Below, one piece after another: positions 1 to 13,307 of a DNA stretch of 64,000 nucleotides. Numbering within the stretch: position 1 is the stretch's first letter; each line of letters starts with the position of its first letter. A model generated the notes under the pieces. The model saw only the letters and a program-made list of their open reading frames with translations. It searched no databases and had not been told where the DNA came from. The DNA comes from the human T2T-CHM13v2.0 reference genome, Homo sapiens, in NCBI RefSeq assembly GCF_009914755.1, contig NC_060926.1. One strand, written 5' to 3'. The translations under genes were made by a program, and so were the position numbers.

Positions 1-394
1 GAACTCAGACCCCAGCACTGCAAAGGCACCCCTTCCACAGACTGGCCAGGGCTGCGGCCAGCCTGGGTGGTCCCAGGGAGCAGTGAGGGTATCGACCCGC
101 ATCTGGACCATGGGAATGCAGGCCGACTGTCTTTCCGATGACCACTGTGCACTCAGGCAGGTTTGACAGACCTTAAAATAGTTGTTACTCTTGAGCGACA
201 TGAAGAACATAAATCAGTTCAGATCCACCAGGTCAGTCAGTGGAGAGGCTCTGAACAGTTCATGGGGACATACACTCATCTGCTGAAGCCTACCGAGGCA
301 ACCCCATCCCGTTTCTTAATTAAGGTCTTGCTATTTCTCTAATCAGAGACTTTTTTTAAGAAAAAGAGCTTTATAATTATATTGCCCTCCGTAT

Positions 395-468
395 AACTTC
401 TTAACTATGCTGTCTCAAGAATAATGAGATCAACTTCTTAACTATGCTGTCTCAAGAATAATGAGATC
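395..468. repeat. Perfect 37-bp tandem duplication
   Basis: AACTTCTTAACTATGCTGTCTCAAGAATAATGAGATC x2. Confidence 0.95.
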
Positions 469-3400
469 ACACCGCAAACACATTTTCACTTTGAGCTATT
501 TCAGTTGCATTTGCACCCACCATGAATGTAAAAATTAAGAAAAAATTCCCTTTATTTCCATTACATTTGTAATTCTCCAAAAATGACAAGGAGAAAGCAA
601 CTTAGTGAGCAATATTACACCTAGTAGGAAGCATCAAAGCATACTCCATGCCCCTTCCCACCTCAGTGAGTACCCGAATTCTTGTCAAGATCAAGAATCA
701 CAATTTAAAAATATTTTAATACATGTCTACTGCTCCTAGAGATTTCAATTTGCTTTCCACTCAGAAAGTCACTATGGATAGGGTACTGGGGGCTGAGACC
801 AGGACGGCAAAGTGCTTGCTTACAGGTGGGCTTTCTCAAGATCAGAGGAGAATGGCAGGGATTAGAGTGGGAACACATGACATTGGCCGAATTTTAAGTG
901 TATGAATGTCACATTTTGATACTTGGATGTGTAAATGGTTTTCAGTACTCTCCTTTAGTCCTAAGAAAGGGAACAGAACTCTAGATCTCAGGGTATAGAA
1001 GTGGATGTTTTCCACATCATATTAGAGGAAGAGTCTAATTTATGACCTGCTCCCGGGGAGAATGAGAGGGTCACTGAGTGAAGAAGCAGTAAAGGGTTCT
1101 TCTGTGTGCTCCCATCACTGCTCTTCAGCCTAAGGGGAACTGGGGATTTTAAAAGAGGAGTTTGGGGCAGAACAGTGATGAGGTATTTCAAACAGCGTCT
1201 GCATATCATGAGCAACAACTCCAAATCCAATTGTTAGACCTGATTTTTGTTCAAGTAACAGCTGTTCACATATACTTAAAGTTTGATCGTAAGACTATTC
1301 AGTCAGTTGCTAAGTAATTATTGTCTAAAAAATAAATTAAATGACTGAACTTAACTAGCTGGTTTTTCAAATGACACCTTATGTGGGTAAACTCCAAACC
1401 CATATGCTTACATAGGAAGACATTTGAAAGCAACAAAAATCATTCTATCCAAGAGAAGCTAATCGTGGCGCATGTATCTGTATTAAAAATGTATCAAGAA
1501 ACAAATTTTTCCTACCAGCCACCAATACATACTTGGTATTACTTTTTGCTTAAGAAAAGAAAAAGATTCTTAAACTTTCTAATTCAAGTACATAGTGCAT
1601 GTTTATTTAAAATTTATTCATTTTAATATGGCTAAACATTTTTGAGATGTTCTTTTTTGTTGGGGCAGAAGGAAGTTGACTCTTCTGCTCAAATTTAAAG
1701 TGAGATATTATAGCCAAATAATTCAGTGAAAATCATATTTTTACTACCTATAAAAGTTTTTGTGGTAGTTTTTATGTGTTTAAATGTCATTTATGAAAGT
1801 ATAATCCATTGTTTGATAAGAAAATAGGTGTTTTAACCAGCACCTGTGGCAACTTAATGTCCTGTCAAATACTTTTATTGCTTGGTTTATGTGTCCTTCT
1901 TGTTATAGGAGAATATGCCTTTTTAAAAAGCTTATTAATAGCACTTTCCCAATTTATATCTTAAAAATCCAAAGAACACTGGATTAATAAAATTTGGGAG
2001 GGTAGAATAAAATAATTGATGACTCTTGCTGCATTTCTCGGGTGGGATGGGGCTGTTGGAGAACCTGAACTACTTTGAAAACATTAGGTCTCAGTATAAA
2101 TACAACTCACAACTGCTAACTTGGAGGGTGGCGGGGGGACACTGTGAGTTTTGTTTTGTTTATTGATTAGTCTTTAAAGTAGGGCTTTTTTTGAGATTAC
2201 TGGGCCATCATTAAATGTGATTATGTAAAGAGATTAATGATACATATGGAGGGCTCTACCCAAGTCCGCTAAATAAGCACTACTCAGGTGCAGACTGCAA
2301 GCTCAAATGTATCTGTGTTATGAGATTAACGGAAAATAGCAAGTGTGCTGCTGAAGTCTACACCAATGGGGTTAGATGAGTGCTATGCCCTTAATTTTAA
2401 AATCAAATTAGGTTTCAGTAAAAAAAGTTTTTAAAATGTCCTTTTTCATCATGAAAACAAACAAGACTATATTGATTTAGCTCATTTTTAGAGCTTTCAC
2501 TGTACTGAGGAAGAAAAAAATCATTGGAAGGAGGCTTTTCTCTCTTAAAAGGATTGTTCTCATTTCCAGGATTTCGAGTTGGGCGGGTGGGGCGTTCATC
2601 CCAGGCGTGCCACTTGCTAGCCGCGTGAATGAATGTGGGGAAGCTGTTTGGCCCGAGAAGGCTCACAGTCCTCCTGGGCCTGACGTCGTCTCCTTCTCTT
2701 GAGACGCCTCTCCACCCGCCTGCATAGGTTCCTGTGAACGCCACAGTTCAGGCTGCCCTCAACGTCCTCACTAGCGCCCAGAGCAGAGACATGCTGGAAA
2801 CACTGGCTGTGTCTCCCTGAGATAACCAGCCCCCGGTTTTCGGGGGTGGTAATTCAGCTTTTCCGTCTTTAGGTGGTGCTTCTAGACCACATAAGGCAGC
2901 CCAGAATGGCTTTTCAAGGGTTCCTCCTTCCAACCGCTCTTGGTATCCATTTTTACGTTACTGTTCAAGAATTTAAGGCTCTTTAAAAACTCATAGATTT
3001 ACATACAAATTTCCTAGCTTTAAGAAATCTCAACATTAAAAAAATACAATGTTCTGAAGTCGATGGATGGGGAAGTGACTGTTCATCTAACAAAAGGGAT
3101 CTTCGCCTCTCAAACGGAGTCAGCTCCAGGATCCTCGACCACGGGCGTGGCGTGAAATCGATTTACAAACACGCGATTTGTATCTGCCCATCTAGGAGCA
3201 TTGCCTTTTCCACGAAGGAAGCCCAGGTGGGACAATCAGCATCCCCCGTGGATAGAATCAGATGGCAGCCTGTGCTGCACAGCTTGGGTTTGGAAATGGC
3301 AGAAGAGATTGACTGGGTTTCCATGGAAACGGCCTCTCAGCTCCCTTTCAGGGAGGCTGCGGCTCTCAGCGCTGCAGCACTCAGGCTGCTGGGGAGCAGA

Positions 3401-3767
3401 GTGGGGTTGGAAAGAGCACCACTCACCTAGCGCCCCGCCTGCTTTCCTGACAGTTACCACGAACAATAACAGCAAGGCTATTTTAAGTTCCTGTAGATGG
3501 TTAAGGTGTAAACTTGCATTAAATAAAACGCTTGGTTATATATACATATGTATATATTTTCTTTTCTATTCCAAAGATACTATTGCTAAAAACAACTGGA
3601 GAAAGAAGATGATGAACAAATAATCTTGAAACCCACACGAGCTGCCCCACGGATATTTTCAAGACAAAAATAGTCCTGATCTTGCTTCATCTCTGGTCAT
3701 GGGTTTGCCTGAGATTAAGAATTTAAGAGAAATAAAAAATAAAAAAAAAGGAAGAAGAATTGAAGAA

Positions 3768-3823
3768 AAAATAACTTTTGGTTGTACATATTAAGAGAAA
3801 ATAACTTTTGGTTGTACATATTA
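3768..3823. repeat. 30-bp-period tandem duplication
   Basis: aaaataacttttggttgtacatatta twice. Confidence 0.9.
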
Positions 3824-4926
3824 CTATCTGGTTGAAAAAATGTGTCTTGTATAGACATTTACGAGTGGTGATGGAAAAATCATAATAAAATATTTTAAGC
3901 AGTATTTACATTACAGCCAACGTGCAGAATTCAGGCGAATTCTAAAAAAACAAAACAAAACAAAACAAAAACACCCAAGCAACAACAAGAAAACAAAAAG
4001 TAAAAGACAGGGACGCTCAGAAGCATTTGGAACTCTGACTTTAAGGCAAGAGCCCTTGTCAGGTAGAAACATCTGTTCCTGTTGCTTTTGCAGATCTGAG
4101 GCATCTGAGGAACCCTTGGACTTGACCCCTTGTCCCCTTTGTGCTCCTGGCCTTGTCTTTACTATTCACCACCAAAGAAACAATCTCTGTGAGCCTGTGT
4201 AAGAAGCGGCATTGACCACACGTCCATGGAGGTCATAAGATGTGTCGGCTAACATAAAAGAAGAGCTCGAAATCTAGGCATTAGAATACATCATCATAAA
4301 AAAATCATATTGTTTTCCATTGGTGCACATCACGCAGCTGGGACGCTCACCAACTGGCTTTTCAGATGCCCTCTGATGTGTCCTTCCCAGGACATAAACC
4401 CATTGCTGTGCGGATTCCCTCCCATTTACAAAACCATAACCTGAAGCAGGGTGGTGTACATGAAACAGCTGTGTCTACCGACTGAGGCTGTATTGTAGCC
4501 AGTTATTCATACGAATGTCTTGAAAGTGCTCCCTCTAGGGTCTATCATCCCATCCTCTCTCTTTCAAAAGGAAATAGTATGGAAATTAAATAAATGCTTG
4601 CAGTTCTACTAAGCAAGGCATTGAAAGCATGACATGCTCTTCAGGATAGGGCTGCCTCTAGTTAAATGGATGCTCACAGTACAGCACATTTTACTGCCTA
4701 AACCCACTTTACATCAATGCTGTTAGAAAACAAGGCAGAGACTCCTGGAGACAGAGGCCAGGAAAAAGCCCACAGCACAGACATTCATTGTCCAGGGGTC
4801 AGGACAAGCTGCCACGTGCTTTTGTTAGACACATGTGTTGAACACCCAGAGTCAGTGAGGACAACCTCCCACCATCACCTGCAGAGCAAGTGCACGCGGA
4901 GGCTCAGAGGCCACAGGCCTGGGAGG

Positions 4927-5070
4927 CAGGGCCTGGGAGTCCTCCCAGCCTGACTCAGTGTTTCACAGGAGCATGAACACGAGGCAAGACCCAGCCAGTC
5001 ATCAGGGCCTGGGAGTCCTCCCAGCGTGACTCAGCATCTTACAGGAGCATGACTGCGGGCCAAGACCCAG
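4927..5070. repeat. 76-bp-period diverged tandem duplication
   Basis: cagggcctgggagtcctcccagc.tgactcag...acaggagcatga...caagacccag x2. Confidence 0.88.
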
Positions 5071-5721
5071 TGGGTCCACCATCATCTATCTCCAAATCAG
5101 TCTAAAGGGAGAACTACCTGGAAGAGACGCACAATCTCTCATCTTGATTGAGTTAACTACTTATTTATTTTTTTTAAAAGTCTTCTAAATGAAGGCTAAA
5201 AGGACTCCCAGAATGTTTCAGCTCTGTCTGGATTAATGATCTCTGAGGCTGCCCTCATCTAATTGAGTCATTCCTCAAAGGCTCCCCGGATTTTGAGCTC
5301 AGCAGCTAAAATGTACAGAACAACATTGAATATTTGGAGTAATAATGCAAATGTCAGATGGAGAGACTTTGAGTTCTTCTAAGAATTTCTCAGAAAGCCC
5401 CTTTCATGTGTCTTTTTTCATTCCTTTGTTTCATGGTAGCTCTATCATGGAGACTTAAGTAGTAAAACACAAAATATGAAAAAATAGATTTTTTTCTTTA
5501 TCCCCCGAATTAAAACAAAATAACAAAAATGTATAATCAGGCCTTACCTATAGGAGAAAAACATATTTGTAAATCAGAATGATTCTGGCCACGTGAATAA
5601 GCCTTTGCCCCACTTACATGGAAATTTCAATTTTAAAACTTGTTTTTCGCCTAAACAGATCTGGTTCTAAAAATATGTATTGCTCCAAAGCACCAGAGAC
5701 ATGGTAAAAAAAATTTTTTAA

Positions 5722-6049
<328 letters not shown>

Positions 6050-6223
6050 TAATTTTGATTCTTATTGTCATATAAATGGGAAACAATAAAGAAATGTAGA
6101 GAAAGGCAAAATAAAGACATTTCAAATAGGAGAAAAAGGCTCGATACCCATTTTTAGTCTGCACTGCTGCAACTTTCTTTCCAAACAGAAAGAGACCAGG
6201 CTACTTAGGAGTAAGCAGTTCAG

Positions 6224-6521
6224 AGCTGATCCTCTGCATCCGACTGCTCCGACTGCTCCACATCCTCAGATTCAACCAATGAAAGATCAAAAATATTCAG
6301 AGAAAAATGATAAAAAACAATAAAAATAATACAAATTTTAAAAATACGCTATAACAACTCCATCAATAGCCTTTACTTTGTATTAAGAATTGTATGTAAT
6401 CCAGAGAAAGTTAAAATGCATGAGAGGATGTGTGCAGCTGGTAGCAGGGACAGGAGCCCCCTTGGATTTGGTATCCTCAGGGGTCCTGGAACCAACCCCC
6501 CAGGGATGCTGGGAAACAACT
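6224..6521. mobile_element. Tigger3a/MER7-like DNA transposon MITE
   Basis: ccacatcctcagattcaaccaa...aaaatattc and ggatttggtatcc..ggggtcctggaaccaaccccc resemble MER7/Tigger3 termini. Confidence 0.75.
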
Positions 6522-9474
6522 ATCCTGTATCACTTCTGGCCAATTTCTTAAAGAGATTTCCTAAAATTCACAGAAAGGCAATTCTTGTAAATCACTCTGC
6601 AGTTTGTAAGACATTCAGTGATTTTGTCTTCTTTTGGAATTCCATGTGAAGTATGCGTATTTTGCACTTTCTCCCACGCTAATACAGCAGTGCAAGATCC
6701 CGCATGGGGCGTTGATATTTTCCAAGCCACCTTTTGCTACCTTCTCCCGGGTGGAGTCTCTGCTGCCTCCCCCATAGGCACCTCAGCCTCCCTGCCCGGT
6801 GCCCTCTCCGAATTCCCTTTCCCAAAGCCTCTCATTAGGAAAGGGTGCGGCGGCATGCCTGCTACTTGGAAGTACCAGATACTGCAAGAGTGCTGCACAC
6901 ACACCCTGACAGCCTGGGGGAGGGTGCTCTTGTCACTAAGCTTCAGCCACTCTGGGTCTCCCGGGAGGCTTTGTCCCTGAGATTCTTAGAGGGTCTCCCA
7001 TTCGGCTTGGTTTCCTGAAAGTCAGGTGAGGGTTTTTTACAAAATGATGTCTAGGATATTCCAGTATTAGGAAAACCTACACATTTCAAAGTGTGAAGTA
7101 GACTTGCCTATATTAGTGGCATTTAGGTGGAATGCTTGCTTTCTGATATATGTAACCTGTAAACAAAAAACACCTTTCTTTCTTTTGGTTCCCAGCACTT
7201 TTCTTTTTAAATTACACTAGAAAATAACAAAAAATACATGGGAAATAATTTTAAAAGTACCCTTATCATAATTTTTTAAAAATTTCTTTTTCATGACGCA
7301 GATGAGATTTTGGAATGGGCTAGGCCCCAGGTTGCTCAGAACGTGCAAGGGTCATCATGCAAATGAAACACCAAAGTTCTGGTTGTAGGGCCTTGTGGCT
7401 GAGAGTGTGCAAGAACTGTGAAGTTATGGCTGGCAAAATAGCAACTGGGCGAGTGAAGAAGCATTATTAGTTCTATCATGCCCAATAACTGTAGTAACCA
7501 GAACACACCTAAGTTTATCTGGATGACATGCAGATGGTATCACCCGCTGACAGCAGGAATATTGGCCAGGGGATTTACACCGTGGCTTGCGGCTCCAGTG
7601 CCTATATTAGCACTGGGTCAGCCTCTCACCTGCACCACGTCCCATCCAGCCGCCCTGCCCCCTGGCCCTGGTGCCCTGATACCCTGGAGGACGCACGCAT
7701 GCTGCCCCAGCGTTGGGGACAGCGCGCCGGATGAGAGGGGCTCTGGGAAAGGGGACCCGGGCCGCGCTGGTGACAGGTCTGTCTCCACTCCTGGGCTTGT
7801 TTTCTGGGGATTCTCTCGCTGCGGTTTGGCTGTTTGGGGAGCACCCAGGGGCTGCCACGGCAGCGTCACTGTCCATGCTGCATGCAGTTTGTCTGTTTCC
7901 CGACCATGCAGCCTAGGACTCTTCACTTATCCCTCTGTGTTGATCATGCTGCCCTCGTTGCCAACACTGCGAACCGCTGCAGGGCCGAAAGGCGCCCCAA
8001 GTACATCCAGCAATAGGCTCCTGTCCAGTGCGGCAGAACGTACCTAGCACATCCTGACGTCCCATTCACTTAACGGGATGTGTCCATGGGAACTGCTGCC
8101 AGAGCACATGCACGTCCAGCAGCAGTGGAGCGGCTAAGCAAGAGGCTGGGGCCGCCGGAGCCAGTATTGGGGTTGGACTCGGAGGACCCATGCAAAAAAA
8201 AAATACAAAAGGTGACTGGTGCAGCTGACGCAAGGCAACAGAAACGCCACCCCAGCCTCTCGCCCTCGCGTGGAAGAGTGAGTTTCATCCAGGGCCTGAC
8301 GCATTCAAACCACACGCTCGGGATGCAGGTGGGGCCCCCAATTCCACATGCAAAGGGACCTCACTCAGGGCTGGGATGCTGGGGCCTGGGGTCGCAAGAG
8401 AGGTACTCACCTTGAGTTGATTACACGGAGCCCTAAGGCAGCTAATGCCATTTACATGTAGTAAAAACATGTTTTAAAATACATTTTATGCAGCTTGTTG
8501 CAGGGAATTCCTTTCGGGCGGTGGGATCCGGGATGAGATGTGTAAGACTGAGCATCTCTACCTTACTCTCAACACGGCCATTATTAGATGGTCTGGAGAT
8601 GCTTTCACAAACAGTCCTTTGTCCTTATCACTCTCAGAGGCAAGGACTGTTTGTCCCTTAGGGTAAGGAACCCGCTGTGGGATGAGGAGTCATTCATCCT
8701 GGAGGGTTAATGGTGGGGGCTGGGAGCGGTTCTTTGCAAGGGCTACTGCCTCGACAGCACCAATTTTCCAACACCAAGAACCCACTGGATTGCCTGTGAG
8801 ACTAAGACGGAGGATCCAGCACCACCACGGCGACCACGCTCATGGCCAGCACCACCACTGCTCACCTCACACACACACACACTTGTGCACACACACTCAC
8901 TCCTAGCCCCAGAGGGCACAGAGGGAAGCGGCGACAATGGCCAAAAACTCAACACAGCTCAGATATTGTTTTTTAAATCTGAGGACCCCGAGGCCCTGAG
9001 GAACTGAAAGAGCCATTCTGTGGGGTCAGACACAGACTCCTGTGTGTGCCTGGAGGGGTCCTGAGGGCAGCGACTTCTTCCACTGCTGAACTGGGGCATG
9101 GGGACGGCCACTTCCTATCTCCCTCCGGGAGGGTTTAGACTCCTTTTCAGTTACATAAGGGAGGTTCAGAGAATTCAAAAGCAGATCAGTTTCCAAAAGC
9201 TGGTAGACTTCAGCTTGCCTTAGGAAAGGCAGGTCTTCCAGGACAGGAGAAAGGAAGGATTTCTAGAGCCACCTAGACAGGAGGGGATGTACATGTTTTT
9301 CCTCTTCAGCAGAAATGTTGATCCTCATCCTTTACATTCGTGTTATTTTTGTGCTATTTTTTCTTGTTTGCCTGGTTTGTGAATCTTTTTTTTTTTTTGT
9401 AGCCCTTAACTTCTCTCATAGGGAAAAGATTTGTATTCTAATCGGGGTTTGGGGGGGTGTTAAAGACGCTGTGC

Positions 9475-11634
9475 TCTGCCTGCAGCCTGTGTAATCCTAG
9501 ATCTGCCTGCAGCCTGTGTAATCCTGGATCTTCCTACAGCCTGTGTAATCGTGGATCCTCCTACGGCCTGTGTAATCCTGGATCTGCCTGCAGCCTATGT
9601 AATCCTGGATCTGTGTGCAGCCTGTGTAATCCTGGATACTCCTCCAGCCTGTGTAATCCTGGATCTGCCTGCAGACTGTGTAATCCTAGATCTGCCTGCA
9701 GCCTGTGTAATCCTGGATCCGCCTGCAGCCTGTGTAATCCTAGATCTGCCTGCAGCCTGTGTAATCCTGGATCCTCCTACAGCCTGTGTAATCCTGGATC
9801 TGCCTGCAGCCTATGTAATCCTGGATCTGTGTGCAGCCTGTGTAATCCTGGATACTCCTCCAGCCTGTGTAATCCTGGATCTGCCTGCAGCCTGAGTAAT
9901 CCTAGATCTGCCTGCAGCCTGTGTAATCCTGGATCCTCCTGCAGCCTCTGTAATCCTGGATCTGCCTGCAGCCTGTGTAATCCTAGATCCGCCTGCAGCC
10001 TGTGTAATCCTGGATCCTCCTGCAGCCTGTGTAATCCTGGATCTGCCTGCAGCCTGTGTAATCCTAGATCCGCCTGCAGCCTGTGTAATCCTGGATCTGC
10101 CTGCAGCCTGAGTAATCCTAGATCTGCCTGCAGCCTGTGTAATCCTGGATCCTCCTGCAGCCTCTGTAATCCTGGATCTGCCTGCAGCCTGTGTAATCCT
10201 AGATCCGCCTGCAGCCTGTGTAATCCTGGATCTGCCTGCAGCCTGAGTAATCCTAGATCCGCCTGCAGCCTGTGTAATCCTGGATCCTTCTGCAGCCTCT
10301 GTAATCGTGGATCTGCCTGCAGCCTGTGTAATCCTAGATCCGCCTGCAGCCTGTGTAAACCTGGATCCTCCTGCAGCCTGTGTAATCCTAGATCTGCCGG
10401 CAGCCTGTGTAATCCTAGATCCGCCTGCAGCCTGTGTAATTCTAGATCTGCCTGCAGCCTGTGTACTCCTGGATCCTCCTGCAGCCTGTGTAATCCTGGA
10501 TCCTCCTGCAGCCTGTGTAATCCTAGATCTGCCTGCAGCCTGTGTAATCCTGGATCCTCCTGCAGCCTGTGTAATCCTGGATCCACCTGCAGCCTCTGTA
10601 ATCCCGGATCTGACTGCAGCTTCTGTAATCCCAGATCTTCCTGCAGCCTGTGTAATCCTGGATCCTCCTGCAGCCTGTGTAATTCTAGATCTGCCTGCAG
10701 CCTGTGTAATCCTGGATCCTCCTGCAGCCTGTGTAATCCTGGATCTGCCTGCAGCCTGTGTAATCCTGGATCTGCCTGCAGCCTCTGTAATCCTGGATCT
10801 GCCTGCAGCCTGTGTAATCCTAGATCCGCCTGCAGCCTGTGTAATCCTAGATCCTCCTGCAGCCTGTGTAATCCTAGATCTGCCTGCAGCCTGTGTAATC
10901 CTGGATCCTCCTACAGCCTGTGTAATCCTAGATCTGCCTGCAGCCTGTGTAATCCTGGATCCTCCTACAGCCTGTGTAATCCTAGATCTGCCTGCAGCCT
11001 GTGTAATCCTGGATCTGCCTGCAGCCTGTGTAATCCTAGATCCGCCTGCAGCCTGTGTAACCCTAGATCCACCTGCAGCCTGTGTAATCCTAGATCTGCC
11101 TGCAGCCTGTGTAATCCTGGATCTGCCTGCAGCCTGTGTAATCCTAGATCTGCCTGCAGCCTGTGTAATCCTGGATCCTCCTGCAGCCTGTGTAATCCTA
11201 GATCTGCCGGCAGCCTGTGTAATCCTGGATCCTTCTGCAGCCTGTGTAATCCTGGATCCACCTGCAGCCTGTGTAATCCTAGATCTGCCTGCAGCCTGTG
11301 TAATCCTGGATCCTTCTGCAGCCTGTGTAATTCTAGATCTGCCTGCAGCCTGTGTAATCCTGGATCCTCCTGCAGCCTGTGTAATCGTAGATCTGCCTGC
11401 AGCCTGTGTAATCCTGGATCCTCCTGCAGCCTGTGAAATCCTGGATCCTCCTGCAGCCTGTGTAATCCTGGATCTGCCTGCAGCCTGTGTAATCCTGGAT
11501 CCTCCTGCAGCCTGTGTAATCCTGGATCTGCCTGCAGCCTGTGTAATCCTGGATCCTCCTGCAGCCTGTGTAATCCTGGATCTGCCTGCAGCCTGTGTAA
11601 TCCTGGATCTGCCTGCAGCCTGTGTAATCCTGGA
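9475..11634. repeat. Minisatellite/VNTR, 27-bp unit TCTGCCTGCAGCCTGTGTAATCCTGGA x 80
   Basis: 2160 bp = 80 x 27; register kept throughout (substitution variants only). Confidence 0.97.
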
Positions 11635-13182
11635 ATTCGCTGAGATTTTTCACACTCGGGGGTTACCTGATGTTTTCTCTTTCTTCCTCCCAAATTCTGC
11701 CTCGTGCCCCTATCCTCTTGTTTATAAGTATGATTTTAAAACTTTTTTGGGGTTTATTTTCTCCTCTTTCAGCCTCTTATTTTATTAAAAATGGAACATA
11801 TTCTTCCTTTCTACCACGGAATCTGCCTTTTCCCTGATTTCAAACCTTGTTTCATTTGTCAAATTTACAAATTATTTCACAGACTTAATTTTTCAAGAGG
11901 TTTTTAAAAAAAAATCAAAAAATCTTTATTTTGCAGGCAAGGAAACAGATGTAAAGAGTTAAGTACCTTTAAGGTCAAAAAGGAGCAACAAAGCTGAGAT
12001 TACAGGAACCATCTCTTACCTTCTGGTGCGTTTTGACTGCACTAAACTCTTCTTGCCGGTTCCCTTGTTATCAATAATGCCCACCCCTAAATCTAGAATC
12101 TATAATGTGATCTATGGGGTGAGTTCATTTGTTTTTAAAGCTCAAGGGCTCATTCGTTCCTCTTTGTGCTTTTTATTGATCAGTTCACATGGACTTTCCA
12201 GGTCATATAAAATTGAGAAGATTGAAGAAGATTCTAGGAAAGAAAATAAAATGTATCTAGACTTCTGTGTCAGGAAGTAGCCATCCATAGCAGTTGCTAA
12301 AAATTACACTGTCCTCTGCTTCTCATGTCTTCCCTCTGGTTACAAAGAGGGCCAAAGAGGGCAGAGAGAGAGGTTGGAGCACCTGCTGCAAACGCTGCAG
12401 GGATGTGGCCGTCTCATATTCTGGCTCTGGAATCAGTGACGTGTGTTCCCTGGGGAAAGACGAGAATTGGCTGAGTGGACAGGGGAGAGGGAAAATCAAG
12501 AAGGAGAGAGGTGAGTAGGGAAGATGGGAGAAGAAGGAGAAAGGAGGAGGAGAGGAGAGGAGGAGCTGCTGCAGGTGCATTACAAATACACCACAGATCC
12601 TGGAGACTCTGGTGTCCAACAGGAGGCTCACAACGCTGGAATGATCCAGGAGGCCAGGGATACAGGGCTGGCCCAGATGGACACTGGGAATGGTAGCGTG
12701 TCCAGATGTGAGATGCTGGGCACCCCATGGAGATGGTGGTAGCTTTGGGGCTCAATCCCTGCTCTGAACTCTTGGAGAGAAAAACAGGGCCTGCTTCCTT
12801 GAGGCTCTCGACTTTCTATTGGGTGCCTTAACCAAAGATCCCTAACTCAGGAGAACTGAGTGTGGAGTGTGCTGTTTTCACGGATCCTGTGGCCTTTGGG
12901 ACTATAAGCCAAGGTGCTGCCAGCAGGCTTAGTCCACGCTGGCCACCTGCAGGAGAAGCACAGGCCCTTTCCCATCTGGAATCTGTTTCAAGAGTAAGTT
13001 AGGGAAAGTAGGCTGGATGAAAAAAATGAAGATGTGCTTACAAGAGCAAAACAACAAGAAAACTGCAATCCACCCAAGGGTGAGAAGACTGAGCTCAGAT
13101 GTGTTGAGATTCCGACATTCATCCCCACAGACTTCCTTTCACATGACGCCACAGCAGTGTGACAGCCACGCTTGCAGAGTAC

Positions 13183-13307
13183 TGTCCCGCGCCAGCCCGA
13201 CCCCCGGAAGGATAGAAACGGCATGTCCCACTCCAGGCCCAAACCCCGGAAGGATAGAAATGGCATGTCCCGCTCCAGCCCGACCCCAGGAGGGATAGAA
13301 ACGGTAT
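13183..13307. repeat. 41-42-bp minisatellite x3
   Basis: GGATAGAAA at 13210, 13252, 13293. Confidence 0.88.

Noticed and set aside
7706-7726. REST/RE1-like motif (cccagcgttggggacagcgcg)
   Set aside because: Only the right half-site matches; the left half is too degenerate
9475-9501. Alu origin of the VNTR unit (gcctgtgtaatcc vs Alu gcctgtaatccc)
   Set aside because: Similarity is only ~12 nt and there is no flanking Alu sequence
9475-11634. CRISPR-like array
   Set aside because: Units are contiguous with no unique spacers, there are no cas genes, and the context is human
9457-11788. 659-aa Cys-rich (SACSLCNPG)n ORF and other long ORFs on both strands
   Set aside because: Artefact of a 27-bp (multiple of 3) repeat lacking stops in several frames; non-ATG start, and no promoter or splice evidence
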